Assembly: GCA_030265395.1 (NCBI GenBank)
Contig: JARFYF010000050.1
Span: forward strand, 14,525,920-14,589,919
Reading direction: 5' to 3'
Source of the DNA: Rhina ancylostomus
Taxonomy: Eukaryota
DNA: 64,000 bases
The notes beneath the pieces were generated by a model. That model had not been told where the DNA came from. It did no database searches and saw only the letters and a program-made list of their open reading frames with translations. Numbering within the stretch: position 1 is the stretch's first letter; each line of letters begins with the position of its first letter. Positions 1 through 13,289 of this stretch are shown one piece after another. A program made the translations under genes and the position numbers.

Positions 1-1329
1 GTCAGAGTTCATATCAGTTTCCCACACTTTTCAAGTCTTCTTTCCTTTGGTTTTTCCTTGACTCTGCACATTTCAGGTAATTTGCTTGATTGCTACTGGA
101 CTTGTATTGGATTCTCTGCTCCACTGTTTTAACGTTTTGAAACCTGACATTACCTTTGATTTCACAATTCAGAAACAAAAGGTAGTGGGACCAAAGACGT
201 GTAATTAACCACACCAATTCGTGTCCCTCCCTGTGAGAAATTCATAAGTTTGGCTTCACCAGCTCACAGTAACCCCAGGTGAGGTCAGAAATTTATCAAG
301 TGTTAGTGGGTGCAGTATGTTGTCCAGCCATTCAGTTGGTTACAATTGGATAGATAGCATTGGGAACAGGTACAAAAAGACCCTGCTCAGGCAATGCTGC
401 TGTACAAGGAGAACTTGACCTCCTTCATGTGATACCAACACTGAAGAGGGGGACTGCTGCTGATGGAATCACAATAGGGTTAATGTACTGTAAGATTTTG
501 TTTGGTTAACTTCACCTCAGATAGTTCCACAGGTAGTCCTTTGGAATTGAGGACGACTTGCTTCCTCCGAGGAATGGAAGACACTTCTGCATGATTTCCA
601 TTAGTGTGGAACAGCCAGACAGCACATGATCTGATACTGAGCTCTGATCAGAAAGTCACAATGTTGAAGGGATATGTGTGCAAAGAACTGTAGGAAGAGT
701 ATGAAGCTGAAGATAATAAAGTGAGAGGAAGTAGTCTCCATATCAGGATGAAATAGGTAGAAGATCAGGCAGCCAAGCCTCTGTGTTTAAGAGAAACAGC
801 CAAGCAAGGGGTTGAGTCCAAGCTGGGAGAAGGTAGATTCAAGAAGACTTTATGGGAAGATTGTTACTGGAGCATCTTTTGATCAAGACAATAAGCTAAG
901 TAGCTTGAGTAAGTGCTTGCAGAGCCTCGTGACTAATTTGATGAGTTTACTGAAAGTGTTGAGTCATTTTTACAAGGATTTACTTACACTATAGCTTGTT
1001 CTTCAGAGGTGCAGAATTATGAGGGCTGAAATGGTTCATCGCCTGCTTCAGAAATGTGTGGTTCTATCACAGTTGCTTGATTCTTTGCCCTTTTTTTTAC
1101 AGGCATTGATGGAATTACATTTTTCACAGCTGTAGTTAATAAGACCACAACCTCTTCCACAATGGTTGAAACATGATTTCTTCCACTTATTGAAACAGAG
1201 TTCCATAGACTGCTGTGTGATTTAGAGGGAGTTATTTATGTGGTTATTTAGGTTCAACTGTGTCAAATTTTTCAGATGTATGGTAAATCAGTCAAAGGTG
1301 ACGTCAAGCAGGACTGTATGCATTGACTT

Positions 1330-1440
1330 CGGCATGTCAAAGTTTGTAGTGTAACTAATGAGTTTATTGAGCTGCAGGCACAAATTGTCACATGGGATTA
1401 CAAAGATGATGCATTAACAGATCACTGGCTCAAGTAAGCC
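1330..1440 (+). mobile_element. Decayed CR1 LINE ORF2 endonuclease N-terminal fragment
   Basis: Translates SVTNEFIELQAQIVTWDYKDDALTDHWL, like the CR1 APE start (..ELQAQI.T..YD..AITETWL). Confidence 0.5.
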
Positions 1441-2039
1441 AGGAATAGGTTCTTAATGCAAAAGCTAAAACACTGAAGTAAAAATATTTACTGCATAAAT
1501 GTTTAGATCCGTGGAGGGAAAAACAGTTAACCTTTCTTGACAGTGAACTTTCATCAGAATCACATCATCAGATTGAATCATTAACTCTGTTTCTTAGTCT
1601 ACAATTTCTGTATGATCGTTTACAACATTTTCTGCTNNNNNNNNNNNNNNNNNNNNNNNNNNNNNNNNNNNNNNNNNNNNNNNNNNNNNNNNNNNNNNNN
1701 NNNNNNNNNNNNNNNNNNNNNNNNNNNNNNNNNNNNNNNNNNNNNNNNNNNNNNNNNNNNNNNNNNNNNNNNNNNNNNNNNNNNNNNNNNNNNNNNNNNN
1801 NNNNNNNNNNNNNNNNNNNNNNNNNNNNNNNNNNNNNNNNNNNNNNNNNNNNNNNNNNNNNNNNNNNNNNNNNNNNNNNNNNNNNNNNNNNNNNNNNNNN
1901 NNNNNNNNNNNNNNNNNNNNNNNNNNNNNNNNNNNNNNNNNNNNNNNNNNNNNNNNNNNNNNNNNNNNNNNNNNNNNNNNNNNNNNNNNNNNNNNNNNNN
2001 NNNNNNNNNNNNNNNNNNNNNNNNNNNNNNNNNNNNNNN

Positions 2040-2192
2040 ACAAGTGTCGCCACTTTTCTGGCGCCATCATAGCATGCCCACAACTTGCTAACCCATACGG
2101 GGAGACCGTACAAACTCCTTACAGACAGCAGTGGGAATTGAACCCGGGTCACTGGCGCTGTAATAGCGTTATGCTAAGCGCTACACTACCGT
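2040..2192 (-). mobile_element. tRNA-derived V-SINE (HE1-like), 5' head; the rest lies in an N gap
   Basis: Minus strand reads GCACGGTAGTGTAGCGCTTAGC (A-box-like) and GGGTTCAATTCCC (B box); homologous to the copy at 36985. Confidence 0.75.
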
Positions 2193-2619
2193 GCATTTCT
2201 GAAGCAGGTGATGAACCATTTCACCCCTAATAATTCTGCATCTCTGAAGAACAAGCTATGGTGTAAAACTGGGATCATAGTACTAGCAGATGGAGATACA
2301 CAAATAGAAATTACAGGAACCCTAGTAGGTGTTTTGGCTGTGGTCCCTTTGCTGAATATTTCAGTGGCAACCAAAGGACACAGGCACTAATGAACATGTG
2401 CTGTTTGGGATTGAAGCTGAGTTGGGTGAGAAAGACTGCTGATAGATGAAGGCCCAATTTGGGCCTGGGATATAATAAGGCAGGAGTGTGGGGACGGGGC
2501 GGAGTGGTCAAGCTGAGGCAAAGTAGTCAGGCTGGTCATCAGGATCAGGGCGTGGTGATTGGGTGCAATGTTAAACTGGAACAGTGGCGAACTGTCAAAA
2601 GCCATCACAGCATTTTGAG

Positions 2620-3460
2620 TGGTGGGATCTTATCACCAGTGTTCCTCCTCACCGCTGGGACCTTGCTGCTTCTTGGTAAACAACTTGGGGAATGGGGGGT
2701 CAAGTTGTTCCCATAAATCTGCTGCTCCTGCCCTTTTCCATGGAAGAAGTTGCAGGTTTGGAAAGTGCCTTTGGAGTAGACTGGGCAAGTAAGTGCAGTG
2801 TATTTATGTCAGTGAATCTCACTGCAGCCATGGTTCACTGGTGGAAGAGGGAATGGATGTAGAGGATGGTTGGTGGTGTGCTAATCAAGCGGACTGCCTT
2901 ATACTGGGTAGCATTGAGCTTCTTGAATGTTGTTAGAGCTATGTTCATTCAGGCAAGTGGAGAGTGTTCCATCATGTTCCTGACTATACCTTGCAGATAC
3001 TGGGAAAGATTTGGAGTGTCAGGAGGTGAGTCATTCATTGCAAGAAGCCAAGCCTTTGACCTGTTTCTGTAGTCACAATATTTATGTGGCTGGTTTGTTT
3101 GAGCTTCTGGTCAAAGGTGATCTCAGGAAGTTGATGGTGGGGGTCTTGTCAATGGTAATGCCATTGAATATTAAGGCAAGGAAGTTAGACCATGTTTTTA
3201 TTGTAGATATGCACGGCCTGGCACTTTTGTCTGCCCATACCCAAGTGTTGTCTAGGCCTTGCTCTCTGCAGACATCGATTGTTTTGTTTGCTGGGGAGTT
3301 GCAAATGGAATTGAACATTGTGGCATAATCAGCAACTTGATGATGGAAGGAAGGACTTTGATAAAACAGCTGAAGGTGGCTAGCCTAGGGTAATGGAACT
3401 GAAGAACGTCTGCATTGATTGACCTCCAACAACGATCAAAATATGATTTCACTGCCACAA
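2620..3460 (-). mobile_element. Old CR1/L2-group LINE 3' fragment (RT C-terminus)
   Basis: Minus frame MFNSICNSPANKTIDVCREQGLDNTWVWADK...LIFNGITIDKTPTINFL resembles the post-ADD RT region; related copies near 28980-29960 and 55230-55990. Confidence 0.65.
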
Positions 3461-3904
3461 TTTAGGAACTATGAGTAGAGAGCAGATATTTAGTACATTA
3501 ACCAGCACTGTCTTTACTAGGAACAACAGGGGGTACAATAGTAGCACCAACAGCCAGGACCAGGGACTGAGTGGGATTAGGCCAGAAGACCTCGAGTGCT
3601 AAGTTAGAGACATGGAGATAAATTTTGTGGAGGCCTAGTACGTCCCTGGTGGGAACTAGAAAATGATCAGAAGGGGACTCATACTGAGCTCAACTTCTGC
3701 TTGTAGGCATTCTTTCTTTCCTCTTTTAACTGCTTCAAAATGTTGGGAATAAATTTTCTGTGGCTCTGGGCTATAGGTGGGACCTTGCATACAATGGATG
3801 ACTTATGAAGGAATTATGATGATATATGAAGGAATAATGTGAGTTGTAACATTATAACCTGGGACTTCTTATAACCACAGTCTCCGTTCTATACATACAA
3901 CATC

Positions 3905-4171
3905 CATCTAACATGGAGCTGAGACACAAGGGGCTGCAGATGCTGGAATCTGGAGCAACAATCAATCTGCTGGAAGAACTCAACGGCTTGAGCAGCATCT
4001 GTGGGAGGGAGGAAGAAATATTGATGCTTTGGGTCAAAACCCTGCATTAGTCCACAACTCCTATCCTTCGCCCACCGGTGCTGCTCAACCTGCTGAGTTC
4101 CTCCAGCAGATTGTTTGTTGCTCCAGATTCCAGCATCTGCAGTCTCTTGTGTCTCAGCTCCACATTAGATG
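3905..4171. repeat. Palindromic Penelope-terminal-repeat-derived element with ~93 bp inverted arms
   Basis: gagacacaag..tgcagatgctggaatctggagcaacaa..aatctgctgga is the reverse complement of tccagcagattgtttgttgctccagattccagcatctgca..cttgtgtctc. Confidence 0.85.
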
Positions 4172-7139
4172 AGGTACTCACTGAATGAGAAATACCCTTG
4201 CCTATTTAAGAGGTGACTTTAGAACCTTGCCCATGTGGCAATTCTGTAGAATCAATGGGAGAACAAACACTGCTGAAATTGATAGTTATCTGAAACTAAG
4301 GCGAGGAGATTATTATTTTATTCAGTGTGAACAGTTGCTCAGTTTGTTTCCACAGTTTGTTTACCAGAGTAACATTATTGTCTTCTGCTGACCTCATTAC
4401 TGTTACTGGGGTAGAAGTTCATCCTCAGTCACGTATGACAAATGTCCATTATACTACTGGCTGGACATTGTACTGCATTTTGAACATTTGGTCCTATTGA
4501 TTCCAATAGCATTACAACAATTGGCAGACCTGAGTAGATTTGAGAAGTCTTAACATGTTTAATTGTGTATCAGAATGTAACTGTTATATTACCATTACTA
4601 ACTGTGCTCCAGTGTTTCAAGTTGTGTGCAAAGATTTTATTGTTATTTTGTACGGTACGGACTGTTTCACATCCAAACATGATTTCACAGATGCTAGAAT
4701 GCTCCTCGCCCTCTCCTGTGCCAGACTGTGAGGGTGTGAAATTTGAAGGAATGGGATGGTAGAATTGGGTGGGCTGCAAGTAAACTGCCATAACTGTTAG
4801 GAATTGACTTCCTCTAAAGATATGGTCAAAATTCCAAAGAGGAAGCAGCTGGTGAGGTTTTTTTTTAATATCTGTTTTCTTCAATATTCTCCCCTCCAGC
4901 CAACCCAAGAGACGATAGAAGACAGGCTTTAGGATTTGGGATGACCTTCACTTCCAATGACACCATAGACCCAAGAACTTTGGGACCAGGGAGTGAACAA
5001 GCAGTTAAACTGTGTTGCTGACCCCACTCCTGCTCTTGGATAACACCCATCTGCAGAAAAAACACATCCATATGTGTTTATGGTAACACAAGTCTCCTTC
5101 CACCTTCCATCTAATGCCATCAACATTTTCTATTTCTCATGTACACATCTCTCATGGACAAATCCAGCTTCCTCTTAAATTTGCCTTGTGGAAATGAGCT
5201 CGACATTCTAACCACTCCTTGGGATGTGAATTTTGGTTTAAGACCAAATTCCCCTTTTCATTTATTTGACCAAGCATGTTGAATCCAATTACAATGTCTT
5301 GTTACTTTTATTGGAATTCCTAGGAATGAGACCTAAATCTTGCTAGTTTCCTACGACTTAACACTTGTGTTTTCAGTTGTCTTTTCTTAAATACATTTCC
5401 AAGCCACACTCTGATTGGTATCAATCTCCCTCTCAGTGATCATAGATATCCTCAAAGCCTTGGAATTCCAATGCTACCTAATAGGTATAGATTTTTGGTT
5501 TTCAAAATTATCAGAAGTTGCTCTGAATTCTGGTTGTAAACAATTAAATACCAATCCTTTTGTAACATCTTGTCTACTCTTTAAGATAAGATTTCTTTAT
5601 TAGTCACGTGTACATCGAAACACACAGTGAAATGCATCTTTTGCGTAGAGNNNNNNNNNNNNNNNNNNNNNNNNNNNNNNNNNNNNNNNNNNNNNNNNNN
5701 NNNNNNNNNNNNNNNNNNNNNNNNNNNNNNNNNNNNNNNNNNNNNNNNNNNNNNNNNNNNNNNNNNNNNNNNNNNNNNNNNNNNNNNNNNNNNNNNNNNN
5801 NNNNNNNNNNNNNNNNNNNNNNNNNNNNNNNNNNNNNNNNNNNNNNTGTTACACTAACTGCTGTTTCTGCAACTACTCCTTCATCTCATCATCTAATATT
5901 TTCTTTGCCCTTGTGTACTTATGAAAATGATCATACTACACCATCATCATCTTTAGTTCATTCTGTGTCTTCAGCATAAAGGCAATGGGCTGCATGGCAG
6001 CCTGTGCTATAAATTTCTACAATATTTTTTCCCAGCTCCGAATAGCAAGCAAAATTACTTTCTTGGAAGTACAAATCCTCAGGTGCCGGAAACCTAAAGT
6101 AAAAATACAAAAATGCTGTAATCATCAGTTAGTCAAGCAGCATCTGTGGAAAGAAAAAAGATGCTGCCTGACCACAGGCTGTTTCCAGCACTCATTTTAT
6201 GTTTATATTTTAACTCCTAATGACTCTACTGTCCCTGTTGGTCCCCACCACCCACTGCCTTCCAGACGAGATAATTTATTTTCAAAAATGTAAAAATATT
6301 ATCTATGATAAAATACCATGACTAGAACCTTTAAGGTACCCCATCCCCGGGAAATGGCCAGTGTACAGCTGATCTCTTTGTGTACCAGCCCTGGAGAGGA
6401 TGGGGGTGGGGGGGGGGGCGGGGTGTGTGAGNNNNNNNNNNACGGAATGAGAGAATGAGCTGTTTTTGCTTATATACTTTCTCAGTAAAGTATCTGTTAA
6501 CATTAAGATCTAGCACTTCGCAATGAAGTCCTATAACCATAGAAAACGCTATGGTGACTTGTAGAATATGGTGTGCCACCACTGGCTGGAGATGTAATTG
6601 CAGCTTAAAGGATTCATATGGAGATATTCCATTAAAGTTGGGGATGTAGGAAAAGAATATATTTCTTTAAAATTGCATCTAAAAATATCATGCATATGCT
6701 GGTTAGGTTCATCTGCTCTTAATTCCACTTAAGATGAAGTCTGCATTTAATCTTGATTCATTGCATGCAGCTGCACTAGAGAGTAATGTGGAATATTAAA
6801 TCTTATGGGCTGCTTGCACCTACTCTTTGTTTATCTTCTTACACTCCCAGTAAAATATATAATTAGAATTATGACAACAATGACAAAATAGGACTTTAAA
6901 ATATTAGAGTACTGAAGTTCATTTGTGCTGTGACCTCAGGTTTTGAACAGCACACAGGCTTGATTCTCTGTGTACAGAATAACAAAGAATCAATTATATA
7001 TTCAAATTGATTCGTGCACTGGTAGAACATTCAGTTTGGACAAATTTGTAATCCAGTAAAGGAAAAGAGTTTTCATCTCTGCAGCTCTGCTAACGCATTA
7101 GGAAGCCCCAATAAAAAGCCTCGACATTTGTGCTTGCTA

Positions 7140-7265
7140 AGATATCTTTATTAGTCACATGTACATCGAAACACACAGTGAAATGCATCTTTTGTGTAGA
7201 GTGTTCCGGGGGCAGCCCGCAAGTGTCACCACGCTTCCAGTGCCAACATAGCATGCCCACAACTT
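7140..7265 (-). mobile_element. SINE 3' tail fragment (same family at 5585-5650, 15852-16027, 22320-22405)
   Basis: Recurrent motif ctttattagtcacatgtacatcgaaacacacagtgaaatgcatctttt. Confidence 0.75.
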
Positions 7266-8289
7266 CCACGTTCCACGATGTTGTGCTGACCTATAAGATC
7301 ACAAAGCCAAAAACCAACAGAGAATTTAAAAAAACCTAGTTAAAGGGTGAACTTCAAAAGAAGTTTGGAACGTAGAACAACAGATTCAGGAGAGGTCATC
7401 ACACATAGTGATACAATTGAAAACATTTATTTTTACAGAATGGAACATCTGATCAAATTAGTGTTTTTTCAAATGTGGTTGGTTTAAAAATATCTGAATC
7501 AACTGGAATTTAGGACAGAGTTCAGCAAGTTCCTTCCACATTAAAAAAAATTAGTTATAGTAATGTTAAACGCTGTAATGCAGCAACAACATTGAGCCTT
7601 GACCTGGAACTCTATATCAGCTTGCACTGATCAAACTGAGCTACAGCACCAACTCTTCACTTTAGTGCAAGACTTTAAATCCCACCTAGGTATTAGCATG
7701 TTAAAAATACATGTTTGGAAAATGGATCACATTGCACTGTTTTATCAGTACGACGTAATCCAAGGTGGATTTAAATAAAAATACGTTGCGTTAAAAATCA
7801 TTTCTGGATGAAATAGAAGTATTCCAGAAATTGAATTTCTGATTATGATCTCCTTTTAGCAATTCCAACTTTGTTTTAGCACTAGATGCCCACTAAATGA
7901 CCTGAATCATCATGGAACACGTTTCAACCCTTGCCAATAAATATTGGAGCTCATTTCTCCAGAAAATGAGTATCGTGCAATAACCTGATATAAACGAGTA
8001 GCCCAAGGTGCTGTGCTCTTCCTTTAGATATCAGTTAAAGGCTCACAGTGCTGGTATCAGGACACTTCATGATGCAGATCTGGAATTTGTTGTAGATGGT
8101 TCAATACCGCCTAAGGTCCTTGGAAGGTGACCAAGGGGTGCTTGTTGCAGCATTTAATTATTGAGCAAATCACTCACTGGTGTCTCAGTGCTTATGCATC
8201 TGGTATCACTTTCTATATGGACCCTTTGGGCTGGTTATTATAGGTGACTTGGAGACTGTTGGGGCTTTCAGGGCAGTAGGCTCAGAAGT

Positions 8290-9260
8290 GTACAGGTACA
8301 AAGAGCTTAACCGCAGAGGTTTCAGAGATATAAGATCCTAATTTGTTTCTCTGAGGAGTAATATATACACAGGCTCATGATTTCAAAGGTTTTCATCACT
8401 TAGATATGTGGCATTCTTCAGGATGACCTGTAGCCAGAAATCATCTCACTGTGGAGGTCAAAGCCACAGTAACTGTCACCACCTTGTCCTTTGGATCATT
8501 CCAGGCAGCTGCCACTGATGCCTGTCCTATATCAGTGTGTTGCTTACTGCAGCGTTAGAGATTCTACCTGAGGAAAACTTGGATTTCTGTGAGCAGGAGA
8601 TGGCATTGAGTTCATGGGGATCTGCCAGCAAGTTTCAGACTACTATCAACTGCACGTGCCGTGAAGGATCCCCTCAACAGTCTCCACCATTTCTTAACTG
8701 AAGTCTTTACAGGTGGTGAATCTCTTTAATTTTGATTGCTGGGGGCAGTTAAAGAGGAGGTGGATATATTTTTGAAAGGTGAATTGAGGGCTATGTGGAA
8801 GTGGCCCAGATGAGGCAATGAGCCTTGGGAATGGCAGAACAGGCTTGAGAAGCTGAGTGACATACTCCTGCTCCTGTCTTCTTATGCTATTATGGTCATC
8901 TGTAGAAAAGGACTTCTCTCCCTCAATATCCAGACAGTTGTTGACCACAACAGTTTCCTCATGGTGTAGGGAGCTCACATCACTCCTTCATTCTCGGGGA
9001 GTTGATCTCGCCTGACACCTTTAATGGACACGAGTGCTTCTAATGGCTTCTGTTGGTACTGACATCTCACCATGCTCCCACCACCCCAATTAAGCATGGC
9101 TTCAATGACAGCCACACCATGTGAACAGCAGTAGAAAATACTATTGGCCTGCTAAACTTGCAATTCCTCTGGGAAACCATTGCAGTACGTGTCCAATTGA
9201 TGTGGACACCTCGTAGCATGCTCCATAACTTGATGAAACAGGAGGGAACAACCAATGACT
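8290..9260 (+). mobile_element. Decayed PIF/Harbinger (HARBI1-like DDE) transposase
   Basis: Ordered motifs with stops and frameshifts: SEE*YIHRL...ICGILQDDL; VEVKATV...FGSFQAA..D; QTTINCT (GAIDCT); FLN/RKG.LSLNIQ.VVDH; HSFIL; FNDSH..*.AVENTIGLL; LQY; SMLHNL. Confidence 0.8.
8710..8890 (+). mobile_element. Short CR1 3'-end fragment inserted in the Harbinger transposase
   Basis: ggtggtgaatct...gaggtggatatatttttg...aatggcagaacaggcttga...tactcctgctcct matches the CR1 3' ends elsewhere in the window; it lies between FLN and RKG. Confidence 0.6.
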
Positions 9261-9569
9261 GCGAAACACCAGCAAGTCCTGATGGCCCAAGGCACAAAAT
9301 AACGGCCAGCAGGAACAGCAAAGCAGCAATGGCCTACAGGGGGATTTTCCTTCTCAGGCACACAAGCTTGTTCATCAATGCTCACTGCCTGAGGAAAGCA
9401 GAAGATGTTGTGAATAACACAGACAGAATCTATGGGGAAGGCGCAGCATAGACTTGCTGTCAGAAATTCCCTTGGAGAAAAGATTCTTAAATTGCCCAGC
9501 AGAATCATTGACTCTGCCTGCACTGAGCCCCATACTCTGAAGTTAACCAATTCAGCAGTCAACTCACCA

Positions 9570-11198
9570 ACTCAATGGAAGAGGCAGTGCTTGTTGTCTT
9601 GAGGCAAATTCAGGTGGATAAATCCCCTGGGCCTGATGAGGTGTCCCCTTGGATCTTGTGGGAGGCTAGTGCAGAAATTGCAGGTGCCCTAGCAGAGATC
9701 TTTAGAACATCCTTAGATGCAGATGAGGTGCTGGAGGACTGGAGGATAACTGATGTTTTCTGTTGTTTAAGAAAGGCTCTAAGAATAAGCCGTAAAATTA
9801 TAGGTCGGTGAGCCTGATGTCAGTCGTGGGTAAATTGTTGTAAGGTATTCTGAGGGACAGGATATATACAGTAAGTATTTGAATAGACAGGGCCTGATAA
9901 GGGATAGTCAACATGGCTTTGTGCATGGCAGGTCATATCTAACCAATCTAATAGAGTTTTTCGAGGAGCTTACCAGGAAGGTCGATGAAGGGAAGGTGGT
10001 GGACTTTGTCTACGTGGACTTTAGCAAGGCTTTTGACAAAGTCCCTCATGGGAGGCTGCTCCAGAAGGTTAAGTCGCTTGGCATTCAGGATGACATAGTC
10101 AATTGGATTCAACATTGGCTTAGCGGGAGAAGCCTGAGAGTGGTAGTAGATGGTTGTCTCTCTGATTGGAGGCCTGTGACTAGTGGTGTGCCGCAGGGAT
10201 CGGTGCTGGGTGCGTTGTTGTTTATCGTTGTTTATCATCTATATTGATGATCTGGATGATAATGTGGTAAACTGGATCAGCAAATTTATGGATGACATTG
10301 AGATTGGGGGTATAGTCAACAACAAGAAAGGCAATCAAAGGTTGCAAAGTGATCTGGACCAGCTGGGAAAATGGGCTGAAAAATGGCAGGTGGAATTTAA
10401 TGCAGACAAGTATAAGGTGATGCACTTTGGGAGGACTAACCAGGGTAAGACTTACACAGTGAATGGTAGGGCACTGAGGTGTCGGTAGAACAAAGGGACC
10501 TGGAAATACAAATCCATAATTCCTTGATAGTGGCATCACAGGTAGATAGGGTCATAAAGAGAGCTTTTGGCACTTTGGCCTTCATAAATCAGGGTATTGA
10601 GGACATGAGTTGGGATGTTATGTTGAAGTTGTATAAGACATTAGTGAGGCCAAATTTAGAGTATTGTGTGCAGTTCTAGACACCTACGTACAGGAAAGAT
10701 ATCAATACACTTGAAAGAGCGCAGAGGAAATTTGCACGGATGTTGCTGGGACTTGAAGACCTGAGTAATAGAGAAAGATTGAATAGATTAGGACTTTATT
10801 CCCTGGAGCGAAGGGGAAGGAGGGGAGATCTTATAGTAAGCAAAATTATGAGGGGTGTAGACAGGGTGAATGCATGCAGGCTTTTTCCCCTCAGGTTGGG
10901 TGAGACAAGAACCAGAAGTCATAGGTTTAGGGTGAAAGGTGAAATATTTAAGGGGAATCTGNNNNNNNNNNNGAACATCTTCACTCAGAGGGTGGTGCGA
11001 GTGTGGAACGAGCTGCCAGCAGAAGTGATGGATGTGGGTTCAATTGTAAAATTTAAGAGAAGTTTGGATAGGTAAGTGAATGAGAGAGGTATGGAGGGCT
11101 TTGGTCCAGGTTTAGGTATATGGGATGAGACAGAAAACCAGGCCTAGACTAGATGGGCCGAAGGTCCTGTTTCTGTGCTGCAGTGCTCTATGACTCTA
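9570..11198 (+). mobile_element. CR1 LINE, 5'-truncated, with RT domain (frameshifts and stops)
   Basis: DKSPGPD, SQHGF, DFSKAFDKVPH, SGVPQGSVLG, YIDDLD..ISKFMDD, LVRPNLEYCVQF, FTQRVVRVWNELP, then the CR1 3' UTR ending ctctatgactct. Confidence 0.95.
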
Positions 11199-11199
11199 A

Positions 11200-12900
11200 C
11201 GTGTCAAGGAGTTCATCCAAGATTCTATTACTTAAAATGTCTTACCACATGATATCTCTTTTTGCTAATGGGTGGCATATCCCTTGGAGCATTCTGCACA
11301 TGATCCATTTTCAATGGTGGAGATATACTCTGCTGGCTTTGATGGTGGTCAGAAGTTGGTCTGCTGAACCACATTGGTCAATAATCACCACTGTAGCCAG
11401 TGGAGTTGAGCTCAGGACTGATGCAGTGTTTTGACCTGAAGCATCAACGATTCCTTTCCTCCCACAGATGCTGTTCAACCCACTGAGCTCATCAAGCTGG
11501 TTGTTTGATGCGCAAGTGTCTGGGCCCAGTTCTGTTTACACTTGGAGTCAGCTCCCTAGCTATTCTGAGTAGCATTCTGCTCATTATGAAGAGATGTGTG
11601 AACTGGGGGAATGTGCTGGGTGCAGATGGCTGCTTCTGCAGAAGCAGGATGAGTTCATTAGTGCCACATCTCTGCTGTAGGAGAGAGATTTGCTCACATC
11701 TAGTGTCTCCATTTGAAGAGAACAGCTTTCTGCTGAAATGTAGCATTCCTTGGCTCCTAGAGAACTGTGCACTACTCAGATAACATCTCTGCTGAGAGCA
11801 GCAATGTGCTCAAAACTTCACTGCTCAATCAGAATTGTGATCAGTTCTCGAGTGACATTTCTCTACTCAGTAATGACATCAGGCTCCTCCCTGGTGGCAT
11901 GTCACCATTCTTGAAGAGTTTCAAGTTGCTCCCCAGTGGATCGTGGTGAGAGAGAAAGGCACTGAGGCAGAAGGAGATTGGATGGTTTCCATAGTTGCCG
12001 TCACCTTAACCAGCAAGTGCTGTCAAGTGGAATTAACACTAAATCCTTGCAAAGAAATATGCATCACCTCCAGAATAGAAGCGGTTTCCTGGCTTCCCAC
12101 AATATCCTGCAACAGCATGGTAGTGTATCCCTCTATATTTCTCGTTGTCTACATTCTGCCAGGCAGGCCTGTCAAGGTGCTTAACATCCCAGTGTGTATC
12201 CACATCAGCCTCAGGAAAGCATTGTGATCGTAGTTCTCATCAGAATACATTTTGGTCGTTCAGGTGCATCATCACCATCAGCTCCATCACCTCTCCTCCT
12301 TTGCCTCTGGTTCTGTGTCTTGGTGTTGTGGTGGGGGGAAACGGAGTGGGGGGGTTGCAGGGGGTCCTCTTCTGGTTCTCTGCAAAGACGAGAGTTGCAC
12401 AAAAGGCCTGCACCAAAGCCATCTCTCTGCTGATGCAGCAGCACATGCTAATGAATGTGTGTACTGTAGATCAGTATGATGTACTAGTTACAACAAAATG
12501 TTGGTCATGAACATGCCTCAATTGGCCCTCCATACATGAGGAGGAGGGCCCTTTCCTCTTTCCCAGAGAGGCTCTATACTGTAATTGACCTCACCCCCAT
12601 CTCAGGTGTCCTTCTCCTTATTCCTCATGTTTTCAGCAATGTTGCCATCCAGCATTTAGAGGCTTGATCTATGTTTTGGGTTGGGGCAAACATGACTGAG
12701 AGATGAAGGTGGTTAAGTGAAGAGATGGAAACAATATGTGTGCATTTCTCTGGGTGAGAGTCAATATGAAAGAACAGTATTTGTGGTGGTCCTTGTGTGT
12801 ATTTCAGTTAGACTAAGCACTTCATCGTAACCCTATGAAAATCTGAGAGCTCCCTTCCCTTGCTCTAAGCCTCCCTCTTCTCCATGGCAACCACAGTGTG
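11200..12900 (-). mobile_element. Putative decayed Myb/SANT-like partner ORF of the Harbinger element
   Basis: Minus strand gives GKGALRFS*...QILF near 12870-12770 and IAEN.R..E...GG...LSGKEERALLLM near 12640-12535, like Harbinger Myb-like proteins (APRFS...VLF; TGGG...LT..EERAL). Confidence 0.5.
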
Positions 12901-13289
12901 TGTGTGTCTGCTGATTGGCTGTCACGGAGCATGTGGTGTTAATGGCTGATGGCTTTCTCTGACTGCTGCCCAGCAGAGTGTTGCCAAATGATTTGAATTT
13001 AGGCAGGCGTTTTTGGGACCACACCAGTGGTATTTTATCATTTCTTTCTGGATGGGAAACACGCCAACACTGTTGCATGCTTGTCTTTCATCAATTTTTC
13101 ATGTGGGAGAAGAACCCAATTTGGCCTTATTGCTACACATGATGTTTTGAGGCACCAAAATGATGAAACTCAATTTCTATGTAATAACATGGGAAAATAG
13201 CGGTGAATAGAATGTGGGTCTATAAAAAACAGATGCAGACGAGACAGCAAAGGCCAAAAGACAGGCAGCATACTTGTTAAATGTTAAAC

